From: a virus
Reading direction: 5' to 3' (one strand)
IMG/VR virus record: IMGVR_UViG_3300005825_000057
Span: 1-64,000 of that record
Length of the DNA: 64,000 nt
The notes below the pieces were generated by a model that saw nothing but the letters and a program-made list of their open reading frames with translations, made no database searches and had not been told where the DNA came from. The position numbers were made by a program, and so were the translations under genes. Of this stretch, positions 10,183-18,796 are shown piece by piece. Each line of letters begins with the position of its first letter. Positions within the stretch are counted from its first letter, which is position 1.

Positions 10183-10475
10183 TATTCTTCCTCTAGTTTT
10201 CGTAACCTTTTGTAAGTTTCGGAAATTCTTTCTAATTGAGTTTCTAAGTTCAAGAATTTCCACCAAAAAGACTTTTCACACATGGATATAGCTCTGGCCA
10301 AAATCTTACGATTCAATTCTCGATGCACAATGTTAATTTGTGCATTTTGAATAGCCTGTTCTTCCTCTGCTATTTTTTTATATTCTTCCGGTGTCATAAG
10401 GGACTCCGAATCGTTGAAGAAATTGTCAATATCCTCATTATTGTGTTCATTATCATCGTAGTTAAATCTTCTCAT
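10182..10475 (-). CDS. hypothetical protein
   Basis: 97-aa ORF coupled to the next gene. Confidence 0.6.
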   Translation of the reverse strand: MRRFNYDDNEHNNEDIDNFFNDSESLMTPEEYKKIAEEEQAIQNAQINIVHRELNRKILARAISMCEKSFWWKFLNLETQLERISETYKRLRKLEEE

Positions 10476-10479
10476 GTTT

Positions 10480-11097
10480 TTATCCTCTCACTGCTAGAAA
10501 TAATGGTGTGAAATCTTTCCACAATTCAGCCAATCGTATCTCGTTTGCAGTCATCTCGGAATCTTCATGCTTCCATAGAGGCGTGATTGGATGAATCTCT
10601 TTATTTATCCACGAAGATGTAACAAACTTCCCCCATCCATTTTCATATGTGATAAAAGTTTCAAAATTATTGCCTTTTGCATCAAATATAAACTCTTTTG
10701 TGTCCGAAAAATTAGGCTCTTCCATTTCTTTAAGAAATAGAGCTTTTTTCGTGGCAACCGATTCTGTGTCAAAAAGAGAAATACTTTCCAATTGCCGAAC
10801 AGCAACTATATCTGGGTCTATGACCAAAAGCGGAAAAGATAAAATATTCTTTTCTATAAAATACTTCGCATGACCTAAACGAGAATCTTCCTTTCGTAAA
10901 ACAAAAGGAACATCACACCTTTTGGGCCAATCAAATATTTGATATTTCATCAATTGACGATTACAGGCAATTGCGACTTTAGCTTCTGGGATGTTTTTAT
11001 AAAACGAATACCACGCCAAACAAGACATCCAATGATGGCAAGGCGTGTAATCACAAGTAATTAGGATACTTAGACTTTTTCCGGTATGTGTAATCAT
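10480..11097 (-). CDS. hypothetical protein, possibly a degenerate GT-A glycosyltransferase
   Basis: LLVIDPD DxD-like motif after an N-terminal beta/alpha pattern. Confidence 0.4.
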   Translation of the reverse strand: MITHTGKSLSILITCDYTPCHHWMSCLAWYSFYKNIPEAKVAIACNRQLMKYQIFDWPKRCDVPFVLRKEDSRLGHAKYFIEKNILSFPLLVIDPDIVAVRQLESISLFDTESVATKKALFLKEMEEPNFSDTKEFIFDAKGNNFETFITYENGWGKFVTSSWINKEIHPITPLWKHEDSEMTANEIRLAELWKDFTPLFLAVRG

Positions 11098-11112
11098 ACC
11101 ATTAAAGTAGTT

Positions 11113-11304
11113 TTACTTCGACAAGTCACGAGAATAAATTTTGCCGGGAATCGTTAAACCCTTATAAGCAGCACCCATAGACATTTTGGCAGGTTTAACT
11201 ACACGAGCTAAGAGCTTTCCGGGCGTATGACCACCCCTAGAGCCAAGACCATATAATTTAACGGTCTTCTCTTTTGCTTCAAGAAATTGCTGGAAAGTTC
11301 TCAT
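11113..11304 (-). CDS. small basic protein with T4 capsid-targeting-like N-terminus
   Basis: begins MRTFQQFLEA. Confidence 0.6.
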   Translation of the reverse strand: MRTFQQFLEAKEKTVKLYGLGSRGGHTPGKLLARVVKPAKMSMGAAYKGLTIPGKIYSRDLSK

Positions 11305-11355
11305 ACCTATATTTAGGACAGTCCGCAAAATAATCTCGAAGGGATATATAATATC

Positions 11356-11625
11356 ATGAAAACATTTAGTCAATTTTTAGAAGCAAAGAAGATGGTTGCC
11401 GAATCGGAAGATGCAGGCAACGATATTATGAAAGCTGCTACCAATATAGGCCAAAAGAATCCAAAAGCCATTATTGGTGCGACCGCTGTAAAAGAATTAC
11501 CGAATGTAATGAAAGATAAGCAAGCACAAGCTCTAGTCAAACAAGACCCAAAAAATGCTGGAAAGCTAGGCCAAGTTTTAACCGGAGTTGATGCTCAAGA
11601 AATCCAAGACAATCCAACAATGTAA
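11356..11625 (+). CDS. small protein with T4 capsid-targeting-like N-terminus
   Basis: begins MKTFSQFLEA. Confidence 0.7.
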   Translation: MKTFSQFLEAKKMVAESEDAGNDIMKAATNIGQKNPKAIIGATAVKELPNVMKDKQAQALVKQDPKNAGKLGQVLTGVDAQEIQDNPTM

Positions 11626-11635
11626 GGAGATTACA

Positions 11636-11983
11636 ATGGTAAAATGCTGTTGCTTTTTAGGTTCATTTTTAGGTGCCCTGCTAGGCGTAGTTGCCAGTTG
11701 GGTTCTCTGTTTCGCTATGTTCCACCCAAATTGCTGCAATGATAACTGCTGTCACGAAGGCTGTTGCAAGCCTTGTGCCTGCTGTGCTTGTTGCGGTTGC
11801 GACTGCTGCAAAGATAAAGTTTGCAAGTGTTGCGATGATTGCAAGTGTGGAACCGATTGCAAATGCACAGCAGAAAATAAATGCTGTGATGCTTGCAAAT
11901 GCCCGATGCACTGTAACAAGTGCTGTAAAGATGGTTGCTGTGAAAAAGGATGCTGCGAAAAAGGCTGCGAAAATCACAAGTAA
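11636..11983 (+). CDS. membrane-anchored or secreted metallothionein-like Cys-rich protein
   Basis: AAGGAG SD; hydrophobic N-terminus then CC/CxC repeats, about 37 Cys in 115 aa. Confidence 0.7.
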   Translation: MVKCCCFLGSFLGALLGVVASWVLCFAMFHPNCCNDNCCHEGCCKPCACCACCGCDCCKDKVCKCCDDCKCGTDCKCTAENKCCDACKCPMHCNKCCKDGCCEKGCCEKGCENHK

Positions 11984-13353
11984 CTTGATATTTTTGTAGT
12001 TGATAATTCTGGAATCATCGGAGAAACGTAGACTTTATCAACTATATCTGCTCCAACAATTAAAGCCGGATCGTACTCGGAACCTTTCACCAGTACATTC
12101 GGCTTTAATTTTTTGATAAGTTCATAAGGCGTATCTTCATCAAACGCCACAACATAATCAACACATTCTAAATTAGCCAATACGGTCATTCTATTTTCTA
12201 AAGTGTTAATTGGACGACCGGGCTTTAACCTCGCAACAGACGCATCGGTATTCACAGCCACAACTAATTTTTCTGCTTTAGATTTAGCAAACTTCAAAGT
12301 CTCTATGTGACCACGATGTAAAATATCAAAACACCCATTAGTAAAACAAAGACTGAAATCTCTAGGCAGTTCTGGAATAATAAACTTGGCTGCTTCTGGG
12401 TCATATTTTTTCAATATTTTAAGTTTAGTAATGGGCGAATTATGTTTTTCTTGTACATATAAAGCTCCCATTTCAAAAGCTAATTCTGCAATCTCGTGTG
12501 GCATAAAATCATGAGCCAATCCCATTGCTGTAAAAGCCATAAAACAATCGCCTGCTCCGATCACACTACTTGGAGAAATTTTAGTTTTAGGTTCATAAGA
12601 AAATTCTCCATCGACCGCTCCACATACCTGACCCACGACTCCATTGCCACCCTTGGTAATCATTACGATTCGACAATCACAAACATCCTCAATATAATCA
12701 ATTTGATCTGCTGTGTTGCAAGTTCCAGTCAAGTCACATGCTTCAGAATAATTTGGTTTAATTAACGTACATCCCTTCCAAAAAGATAAATCTTTTTTAG
12801 GGTCTACAATTCTATAACGACAATTATGAAAATTATTGATTAAATCGTTGGCAACTTCGGGATTAAAAAACCCTTTGTTATAATCAGAAAAAATAAGTAC
12901 ATCAAAAAACTCATTTGAGTTTTTTAATTGTGAAAAAATGGTGGGCCAAACTTCAGATGTGTCTAATTTGTAATTAGTTTCAACATCCCACCTATAAGTA
13001 GGAAAATCTTCACTGTAAAATCGTTTTTTGCGTGGAATAGGCGTAGAAATATGTTTTGAAAAACGAGTGTTAATTCCATGAGAGGAAAACACTTGATGGG
13101 CTGCTGAATCAATGCAGCTTATCAAATGCACATCTGCGTTAAAATGTGCAAATTGATAAGCTACATTTGCGGCCCCGCCCGGAAGACTATAAGAAGGAGT
13201 AGAAGTATCTGAATGCATTACAGGAATAGGAAATTCCGGTGATATTTTTTTGACGTTGACGTAATAATACTCGTCAACCATCGCATCCCCAACCACTCCA
13301 ATTTTAATCTTTTTTTGACTATTTCTTTTTAAAAACTCGGTAAAAATATTCAT
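11974..13353 (-). CDS. hldE: bifunctional heptose-phosphate kinase/adenylyltransferase (HldE/RfaE-like)
   Basis: VGDAMVDEY, ISPEFPIPV, GGAANVA, SDYNKG, GAGD, FTNGCFDILHRGH, VKGSEY. Confidence 0.92.
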   Translation of the reverse strand: MNIFTEFLKRNSQKKIKIGVVGDAMVDEYYYVNVKKISPEFPIPVMHSDTSTPSYSLPGGAANVAYQFAHFNADVHLISCIDSAAHQVFSSHGINTRFSKHISTPIPRKKRFYSEDFPTYRWDVETNYKLDTSEVWPTIFSQLKNSNEFFDVLIFSDYNKGFFNPEVANDLINNFHNCRYRIVDPKKDLSFWKGCTLIKPNYSEACDLTGTCNTADQIDYIEDVCDCRIVMITKGGNGVVGQVCGAVDGEFSYEPKTKISPSSVIGAGDCFMAFTAMGLAHDFMPHEIAELAFEMGALYVQEKHNSPITKLKILKKYDPEAAKFIIPELPRDFSLCFTNGCFDILHRGHIETLKFAKSKAEKLVVAVNTDASVARLKPGRPINTLENRMTVLANLECVDYVVAFDEDTPYELIKKLKPNVLVKGSEYDPALIVGADIVDKVYVSPMIPELSTTKISSYL

Positions 13354-13907
13354 TTGTTGGCAATTTTACGATATTCATCTACATCTACTTCTCCAATTTC
13401 TCCAAACCCGCCGATGAAATAAACACTTTCTATTTCAAGGACGTAAAAATTAAAGTCGCCAAAATCAATAAAGTCCTTGGCATCTGGATGAGTTGCAAGA
13501 TAATCCTTGCGTAGTTTTTCGACACTCTTTTCATCGGTAATTTTGACAAACTTACCAGAAAGTGTAACTCTAGCACCATTAAAGACGTTTCCGGCCTTAT
13601 CAGGCTGAAACACCATGACGCTTACATTTGGATTCTTTTTGATATTATGGGTGTGTACCGCCAAATCGGAGATAAACACATAAGGTGATCCAGCATAAGT
13701 TTTGCAGCATGAAGTCTTTACCAAAGCAAATGGCATCACAGACCCATACGGCTTGGGTTGACCCTTCTTAGAATCAGAAATAGTCGAAACCATTCCTGTG
13801 TTGTGCTTCTGCATCATCTTAAATGCTTGAGAAGCATAAGATTCATCAGCTTTTTCACCGCCTGCTGCAAGCATGGTGGCACCCAATAGAACAATCGTCG
13901 AAATCAT
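13350..13907 (-). CDS. pyridoxamine-5'-phosphate-oxidase-like split-barrel protein (HugZ/CREG type) with signal peptide
   Basis: PYGS, ISDLAVHTHNI...NPNVS, RVTLSG, FGDF, FIGGFG. Confidence 0.85.
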   Translation of the reverse strand: MISTIVLLGATMLAAGGEKADESYASQAFKMMQKHNTGMVSTISDSKKGQPKPYGSVMPFALVKTSCCKTYAGSPYVFISDLAVHTHNIKKNPNVSVMVFQPDKAGNVFNGARVTLSGKFVKITDEKSVEKLRKDYLATHPDAKDFIDFGDFNFYVLEIESVYFIGGFGEIGEVDVDEYRKIANK

Positions 13908-13966
13908 AAAAAAACACTCCTTTAGGAAATTGTGGTTTTCACTAAAGGAGTGTTATTTTGGAAAAA

Positions 13967-14854
13967 TTATTCTAAAACATTCAAGCCGAAACGGGCCGCT
14001 TTCTCTTTCCACTCAGCTTGTTCACGCTTGTTATCAGATTCAAGTGGTGGAGCATGAGTTTCGACATTCCAGCCAACATAACGATTAAGAGCTTCAATCT
14101 CCAATCGACTCAACTTCATAGCGCCACGATGATCGTGATAATCATTCCAAGCCTCTACAGCCCACGGAACAATGGGAGTAATTAAACTCAACATGGCGTC
14201 GGCAAATACTCTAATTTCCCATTGAGCATGAGCATCACATCTAAGGCCAAGAAAGTGAAAAAGATTATGCAAATCAATCTTCCAATACCATTCAGTATAA
14301 AGATTGACCGGCAAGATCATGCGTGACTGCTCACGGGCCACACCATTGTTCAACCCTTGTTCATAAGCCTGATACGATTTTTCACAAATGTCATGCAAAT
14401 TTGACAAGAACCCTTGTGCGTCCATGTCTTCAATTTTGCCTTCACTTCCTTGTTTGTTGGTTTTAGATTGTTGTCGGACGTTATCCATATCAGGCTTATA
14501 AAATTCGTCCTTCATAACTGAATATCGTCCACTATATTCATTGACATTGGCTGTTCTGTGACGAATCCATTGTCGTGCCACAAAGATTGGCATCTTGCAA
14601 TGAAACTTAAATTCAATCATTTCAAATGGCGTAGTGTGAACGTGCCGCATAAGATAGCGAATAAGTCCACGATCTTCATTAACTGATTTGGTGCCATCTC
14701 CATAACTAACTCTGGCTGCTTGGACGATAGCATAATCGGCTGTCTTTTGTGATTCTGGCACAAGCCGAGGCATCACGTCCACCAAAGTAACATGACCATA
14801 ATCAAGACATTTAATTGTCTTTTCGGCAATGTTATTCATAACGTCGTACATCAA
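13967..14854 (-). CDS. thyX: flavin-dependent thymidylate synthase
   Basis: QAARVSY, HTTPFE, VARQWIRHR...NEYSGRY, HAQWEIR. Confidence 0.96.
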   Translation of the reverse strand: MMYDVMNNIAEKTIKCLDYGHVTLVDVMPRLVPESQKTADYAIVQAARVSYGDGTKSVNEDRGLIRYLMRHVHTTPFEMIEFKFHCKMPIFVARQWIRHRTANVNEYSGRYSVMKDEFYKPDMDNVRQQSKTNKQGSEGKIEDMDAQGFLSNLHDICEKSYQAYEQGLNNGVAREQSRMILPVNLYTEWYWKIDLHNLFHFLGLRCDAHAQWEIRVFADAMLSLITPIVPWAVEAWNDYHDHRGAMKLSRLEIEALNRYVGWNVETHAPPLESDNKREQAEWKEKAARFGLNVLE

Positions 14855-15168
14855 GAAATCTCCTTGCGGTATTTTTTCCAGAAAGAAACAACGGCTTTTA
14901 TAGAAATTTTAGCTTCTCTTTTGTCAAATCCGTCTTGTTCCATTTCTTCGACGGTATGAACAGATTTCAAATTAAATTTCTCGTGACGCCGATATTCATC
15001 TCCATCAAGATACCACATCTTTGGGACAGAGTAACAAACAAAACAAATTTGATCGTGTTTTTTCTTTGTGAAAAGAAAAGGCTCTGACATACGCACGCCA
15101 ACATCTATCGGCTGATGACAAATGGGACAGACATCTTCATGTACCTTTTCTTTAGCCATGAGAGGCAT
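14851..15168 (-). CDS. hypothetical zinc-binding protein
   Basis: CPIC and CFVC pairs. Confidence 0.6.
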   Translation of the reverse strand: MPLMAKEKVHEDVCPICHQPIDVGVRMSEPFLFTKKKHDQICFVCYSVPKMWYLDGDEYRRHEKFNLKSVHTVEEMEQDGFDKREAKISIKAVVSFWKKYRKEIS

Positions 15169-15197
15169 TATAGATGAAAAAATACAATGGGTAAAGA

Positions 15198-15401
15198 TCA
15201 GGATTTTTTACGTTTACGTTTCTTTGGCTTTTCGTCTTCTTCATCTGAATCAGCAACTAAAAGTGTTGGGGCCGAGCGAGTAATAAACCCTTGGCCGTCT
15301 CCAAATGGACGTGCAAAAATAGCTATAGAATTTGTACCAGTACCAACCTCTTGAAGTTGTAACCAGTCTTTAAACGAAAATTTACATTGGCGGTGCTGCA
15401 C
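15198..15401 (-). CDS. small hypothetical protein
   Basis: SFKDWLQLQE near the N-terminus, basic tail; start uncertain. Confidence 0.45.
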   Translation of the reverse strand: MQHRQCKFSFKDWLQLQEVGTGTNSIAIFARPFGDGQGFITRSAPTLLVADSDEEDEKPKKRKRKKS

Positions 15402-15858
15402 CGGCCCCTCCTGCGGCTGCTCCCTGTACGGCGGGACTCCAACCTGTTGTTAGAAATTGGATAAGGTCTTTTCTATTTAGGCGATACCGCTGAGTGTCAG
15501 GCATACCTTTGTTAAGTTTATTACCTTTCAAATAGCTTCTATCATTCTTTTGTGGTTTAAGGCGAATATCCGCACCATCCGGGGTCAAAGTGCCCGGAAC
15601 TACCTCCCACGCAGACAATTTATAAAGTATTTCCTTGTCTGGCTTACCCACAGAAAAATGTGAGGATACCCACGGCTGTACCGAGATCATCTTGGCAACA
15701 TCTTTCCATTCGATGCCAAATTCGTCTCCCAAGGCAGAGAAATAGTCCTGAGATTGAGGATCGGTTTGGTCTTCACCTTCACCTTTCTCAATCTTCTTTT
15801 GAGGGTCTAAATCCATTTCCTCGAAAAAATGTTTAAAGCCAGCCAATAAATACTTCAT
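15382..15858 (-). CDS. hypothetical protein, possibly virion-associated
   Basis: GFKHFFEE N-terminal motif; TATATA just upstream. Confidence 0.6.
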   Translation of the reverse strand: MKYLLAGFKHFFEEMDLDPQKKIEKGEGEDQTDPQSQDYFSALGDEFGIEWKDVAKMISVQPWVSSHFSVGKPDKEILYKLSAWEVVPGTLTPDGADIRLKPQKNDRSYLKGNKLNKGMPDTQRYRLNRKDLIQFLTTGWSPAVQGAAAGGAGAAPPM

Positions 15859-15887
15859 AACTTTATATAGAAGAAATAAGGCGAATT

Positions 15888-16556
15888 ATGTTACCATTCC
15901 AGAAGGACAATAATAAAAGAAAATGGATGTGTTTTGTTTGCGGAAGACAATTTGAAGAATATGATCCCTACAAATCACATATCATTGAAAACCACGAGGA
16001 AGGCAGGGAATATGTTATTTGCCCTCTAGTGCGTTGTGCCGCCCCCGTAAGGGACTTGCGATTACACTTCAAGGCCAAACACCCTTCTGAAAAAGAAGTG
16101 CCCAAATTAGGCCAAATGAAGGCTTTGGTGTGGAAAGATCACAGCACAAAAACTGGCAAACTAAAGCAACGAAAGCCAAAATTCAGAGAAGGATACTTAA
16201 TTTCTTCTAAAAATGGCGGCAAAGAAATGCATTATCGAAGCGGATATGAATGTGAAGTATATGAATGCTTAGAATGCTTGCCAGAAATCATACAATATGA
16301 CGTAGAACCCTTCAAAGTAAAATATACTTTTGAAGGAGAAGTACACGATTATAATCCTGATTTAAGTGTATTATTTGAAGATGGACGTGTAGAAATTTGG
16401 GAAATTAAACCTTCTAATCAAACCTCTTTACCAAGGAATACTGCAAAATGGTCAGCCTGCCAACAACACTGCGAAGCGAGAGGATGGGACTTCATAGTAA
16501 TGACGGAGAAGGGAATCGGGAAACTCAAAATGCAAGCCAAGGAAATGAAGAAATAG
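15888..16556 (+). CDS. C2H2 zinc fingers fused to TnsA-like/T4 gp4-like endonuclease
   Basis: CFVC...H...H and CPLVRC...H...H fingers; YRSGYE, YNPD, IWEIKP. Confidence 0.8.
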   Translation: MLPFQKDNNKRKWMCFVCGRQFEEYDPYKSHIIENHEEGREYVICPLVRCAAPVRDLRLHFKAKHPSEKEVPKLGQMKALVWKDHSTKTGKLKQRKPKFREGYLISSKNGGKEMHYRSGYECEVYECLECLPEIIQYDVEPFKVKYTFEGEVHDYNPDLSVLFEDGRVEIWEIKPSNQTSLPRNTAKWSACQQHCEARGWDFIVMTEKGIGKLKMQAKEMKK

Positions 16557-16732
16557 AAGTCCTTGATGAACAAATCCTCTACAAACAAGGCTGCTACGAA
16601 CGCATAAGAAGATGGCTAAAGGGATGTCACCCAAAATTAGGAGTTCTTGTGCAAGGCTGGACAGGTTGGGAAACGGTCCAAGATATAGACCGTATCCGAC
16701 CCATTCATACATTCACAGTAATTGAGCGATAA
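16484..16732 (+). CDS. hypothetical protein
   Basis: fills the gap after the endonuclease; start uncertain. Confidence 0.35.
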   Translation: MGLHSNDGEGNRETQNASQGNEEIEVLDEQILYKQGCYERIRRWLKGCHPKLGVLVQGWTGWETVQDIDRIRPIHTFTVIER

Positions 16733-16741
16733 GTACCCATT

Positions 16742-17113
16742 TTAATCTCCGGGGATAAGTCTAATACTATCACTATCTTCATGATGGGTAGAAAACTCAA
16801 ATATCTTAGTGTTTTCAGTAGCAAGCATTTGATGTCTTAAACCCGTGGGTATATGAAAAGACATGCCCTCCATCAATCGGAGGGAACTAGCTTTTTCTAA
16901 ATCATCAGACCAGCCATATTTTAAAAGAACTTGACCTTCTTGGACATATAACACTTCATCTTTAATTTTGTGATAATGCCAAGAACACTTTTTGTCTTTT
17001 TCAAAGGCTAAAATCTTGCCACAATAATTTGGAAAATTACAAATCCAAACTTCATGGCCCCAACCCTTTTTGACAAAATTACACGGTTGAATTAGTATAT
17101 TTGTGCTGGACAT
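16742..17113 (-). CDS. cupin (mannose-6-phosphate isomerase type II-like)
   Basis: VKKGWGHE, CSWHYHKIKDE, IPTGLRH. Confidence 0.85.
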   Translation of the reverse strand: MSSTNILIQPCNFVKKGWGHEVWICNFPNYCGKILAFEKDKKCSWHYHKIKDEVLYVQEGQVLLKYGWSDDLEKASSLRLMEGMSFHIPTGLRHQMLATENTKIFEFSTHHEDSDSIRLIPGD

Positions 17114-17723
17114 AAGGAATCAATAACCTATCTATTTTAGAATACAAGTCTTCAAGCGATCCATCGTTAATTAAAAAATATTCGTAAAAGCTATAACCTT
17201 CGGGCGCAAAACTCATATTTTCTTCTGTAAGTACAATCGGTCCCTCTTTTTGCGTCTTTACACACCATTCAATAATCGGTCGAATTTGAGCTTCTGAAGG
17301 GTTAGGATCATCATTCAAGAAGCCCGGACGATATAAAACAACATTAAGCCCATTTTTACGATAGGCTTGCTTTGCCTCATTGATATATCTTGAATCTGAA
17401 ATTATCATTTGTTTCGATTCGTCTCTAAGAGCAATTTCAATCCAAATATCTCCTTTAATTTGGCGAAATCCATCTCCTATAAACTGAAGGCTTTTACGCA
17501 CATTCATTAACATACCGGGAGGCGGCTCAGGATTTCGCTTCCATTGCTCAATGAAGTCTCTATCAACGTCAAAAGCATCACAATAAACGTCTTTGACTGC
17601 GTTAGCGAATGCACTACGCACCCAAAGACCAGAATTTCCAATATCATTGAGTTTGGCACAAAGATAATCTGATGCAACATCTTTACCCATGCCTAATTGG
17701 GCAGAAAAAGAAACTATCTTCAT
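17079..17723 (-). CDS. deoxynucleoside monophosphate kinase
   Basis: GMGKD, AFANAVK, RKSLQFIGDGFR, ISDSRYINE, INDGSLEDL. Confidence 0.85.
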   Translation of the reverse strand: MKIVSFSAQLGMGKDVASDYLCAKLNDIGNSGLWVRSAFANAVKDVYCDAFDVDRDFIEQWKRNPEPPPGMLMNVRKSLQFIGDGFRQIKGDIWIEIALRDESKQMIISDSRYINEAKQAYRKNGLNVVLYRPGFLNDDPNPSEAQIRPIIEWCVKTQKEGPIVLTEENMSFAPEGYSFYEYFLINDGSLEDLYSKIDRLLIPYVQHKYTNSTV

Positions 17724-17824
17724 TTTATGACTCCCGTGGGCGAGAAACTATAATAACTCGGTTTATTTTATCTTAACGCCCAGAGATAATCAACATTAAA
17801 CTCAATTAGAAAAGGAGCAATAAA

Positions 17825-18085
17825 ATGAAAAAGAAGAAAGTCGAAGAAATATGCGGCAACTGTATGTTGTACAACCCAGAGAAAGAAGAGTGTAAAGTAG
17901 CCGTGCTAATTGAAGGTAAAGAGTATCATATGCCCGTTTTTCCAAAAGATAAATGTCATATTGAAGAATTAGGAATAGAAATTCAACAAGTACGTTGGTG
18001 GGTTGAAGATGAACACGGAGAACCGACAGCGGGAGATGGCACCGTTAAGATCGAATATCCAGAAGGGTTTTTCAAAGAGGAATAA
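17825..18085 (+). CDS. hypothetical protein
   Basis: AAGGAG SD; CGNC...C...C. Confidence 0.65.
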   Translation: MKKKKVEEICGNCMLYNPEKEECKVAVLIEGKEYHMPVFPKDKCHIEELGIEIQQVRWWVEDEHGEPTAGDGTVKIEYPEGFFKEE

Positions 18086-18088
18086 TAA

Positions 18089-18796
18089 ATGCCTTGTACC
18101 CCGCCACTATGTAATGGCACAGGGAGTTGGTGTGGATGTAATTGTCAATGCTGTCCCCCCGCTGGATGTTGCACCGGAGTTAATCAAACTTGGGAATGCG
18201 GTACTAGCGATGCAGCATGGGAAGGTGGCACTCCGAATAACGGATGTGCCTGTATCAATTACACCGCATCATCCCTATTGTGGTCGGGATTAAACCTTGC
18301 AGAAGCAGAATTAGGAATTCCATTTCCCAATTTTAATTTCGGAATGCTAGATGAAGAAATAGAAAGTCTAGCCGAAGAAGATGGTTTTGTTTGGGCCTTA
18401 CAAGGATGTTCAATCCCGTGCGCCACTGTGTCCGTGAGTATATCTACAGATGGTTGCTGCCTCCAAGTATCAGGAGATAGCATTACCGTTGTTGGTAGCG
18501 GTACGGTCAGTGCCAGTGCAGGAAGTGGACCGGGTGATTGTGGAGCCATCACAGTTTATGTTAATGGCTCTCCGGGCAGTGCTTATTTAAATAATTGCGA
18601 TGGCGTAACCATCAGTTTGTCACCAGAAAATGGAACATGCTGTGGTTGCTGTCTTGTACAAACAACATGCAGTGGAACATTATTTGCACCAATCATTTTG
18701 AGACAAAACAATATTCAGACAGGCACAACCAAAATATATCTCAACAAGAAAAATCTTGTTGATCGAATCAACAAATTACGCCGTCGTAAGCGATAA
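18089..18796 (+). CDS. Cys/Gly/Ser-rich protein, possibly virion-associated
   Basis: GAGG SD; many CC/CxC pairs, beta-rich middle, basic C-terminus. Confidence 0.65.
   Translation: MPCTPPLCNGTGSWCGCNCQCCPPAGCCTGVNQTWECGTSDAAWEGGTPNNGCACINYTASSLLWSGLNLAEAELGIPFPNFNFGMLDEEIESLAEEDGFVWALQGCSIPCATVSVSISTDGCCLQVSGDSITVVGSGTVSASAGSGPGDCGAITVYVNGSPGSAYLNNCDGVTISLSPENGTCCGCCLVQTTCSGTLFAPIILRQNNIQTGTTKIYLNKKNLVDRINKLRRRKR

Noticed and set aside
11681-11999. Ala-rich ORFs in other frames over the Cys-rich gene
   Set aside because: Shadow frames of TGC/TGT repeats; the Cys frame has the SD.
3307-14854. Bacterial chromosome origin of the window
   Set aside because: The host-like genes are interleaved with gp23, gp32, gp41, UvsW and many small ORFans, with no typical housekeeping operons.
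15888-16556. Tn7 transposon because of the TnsA-like domain
   Set aside because: No tnsB/tnsC or terminal repeats, and this fold is common in T4-like phages.
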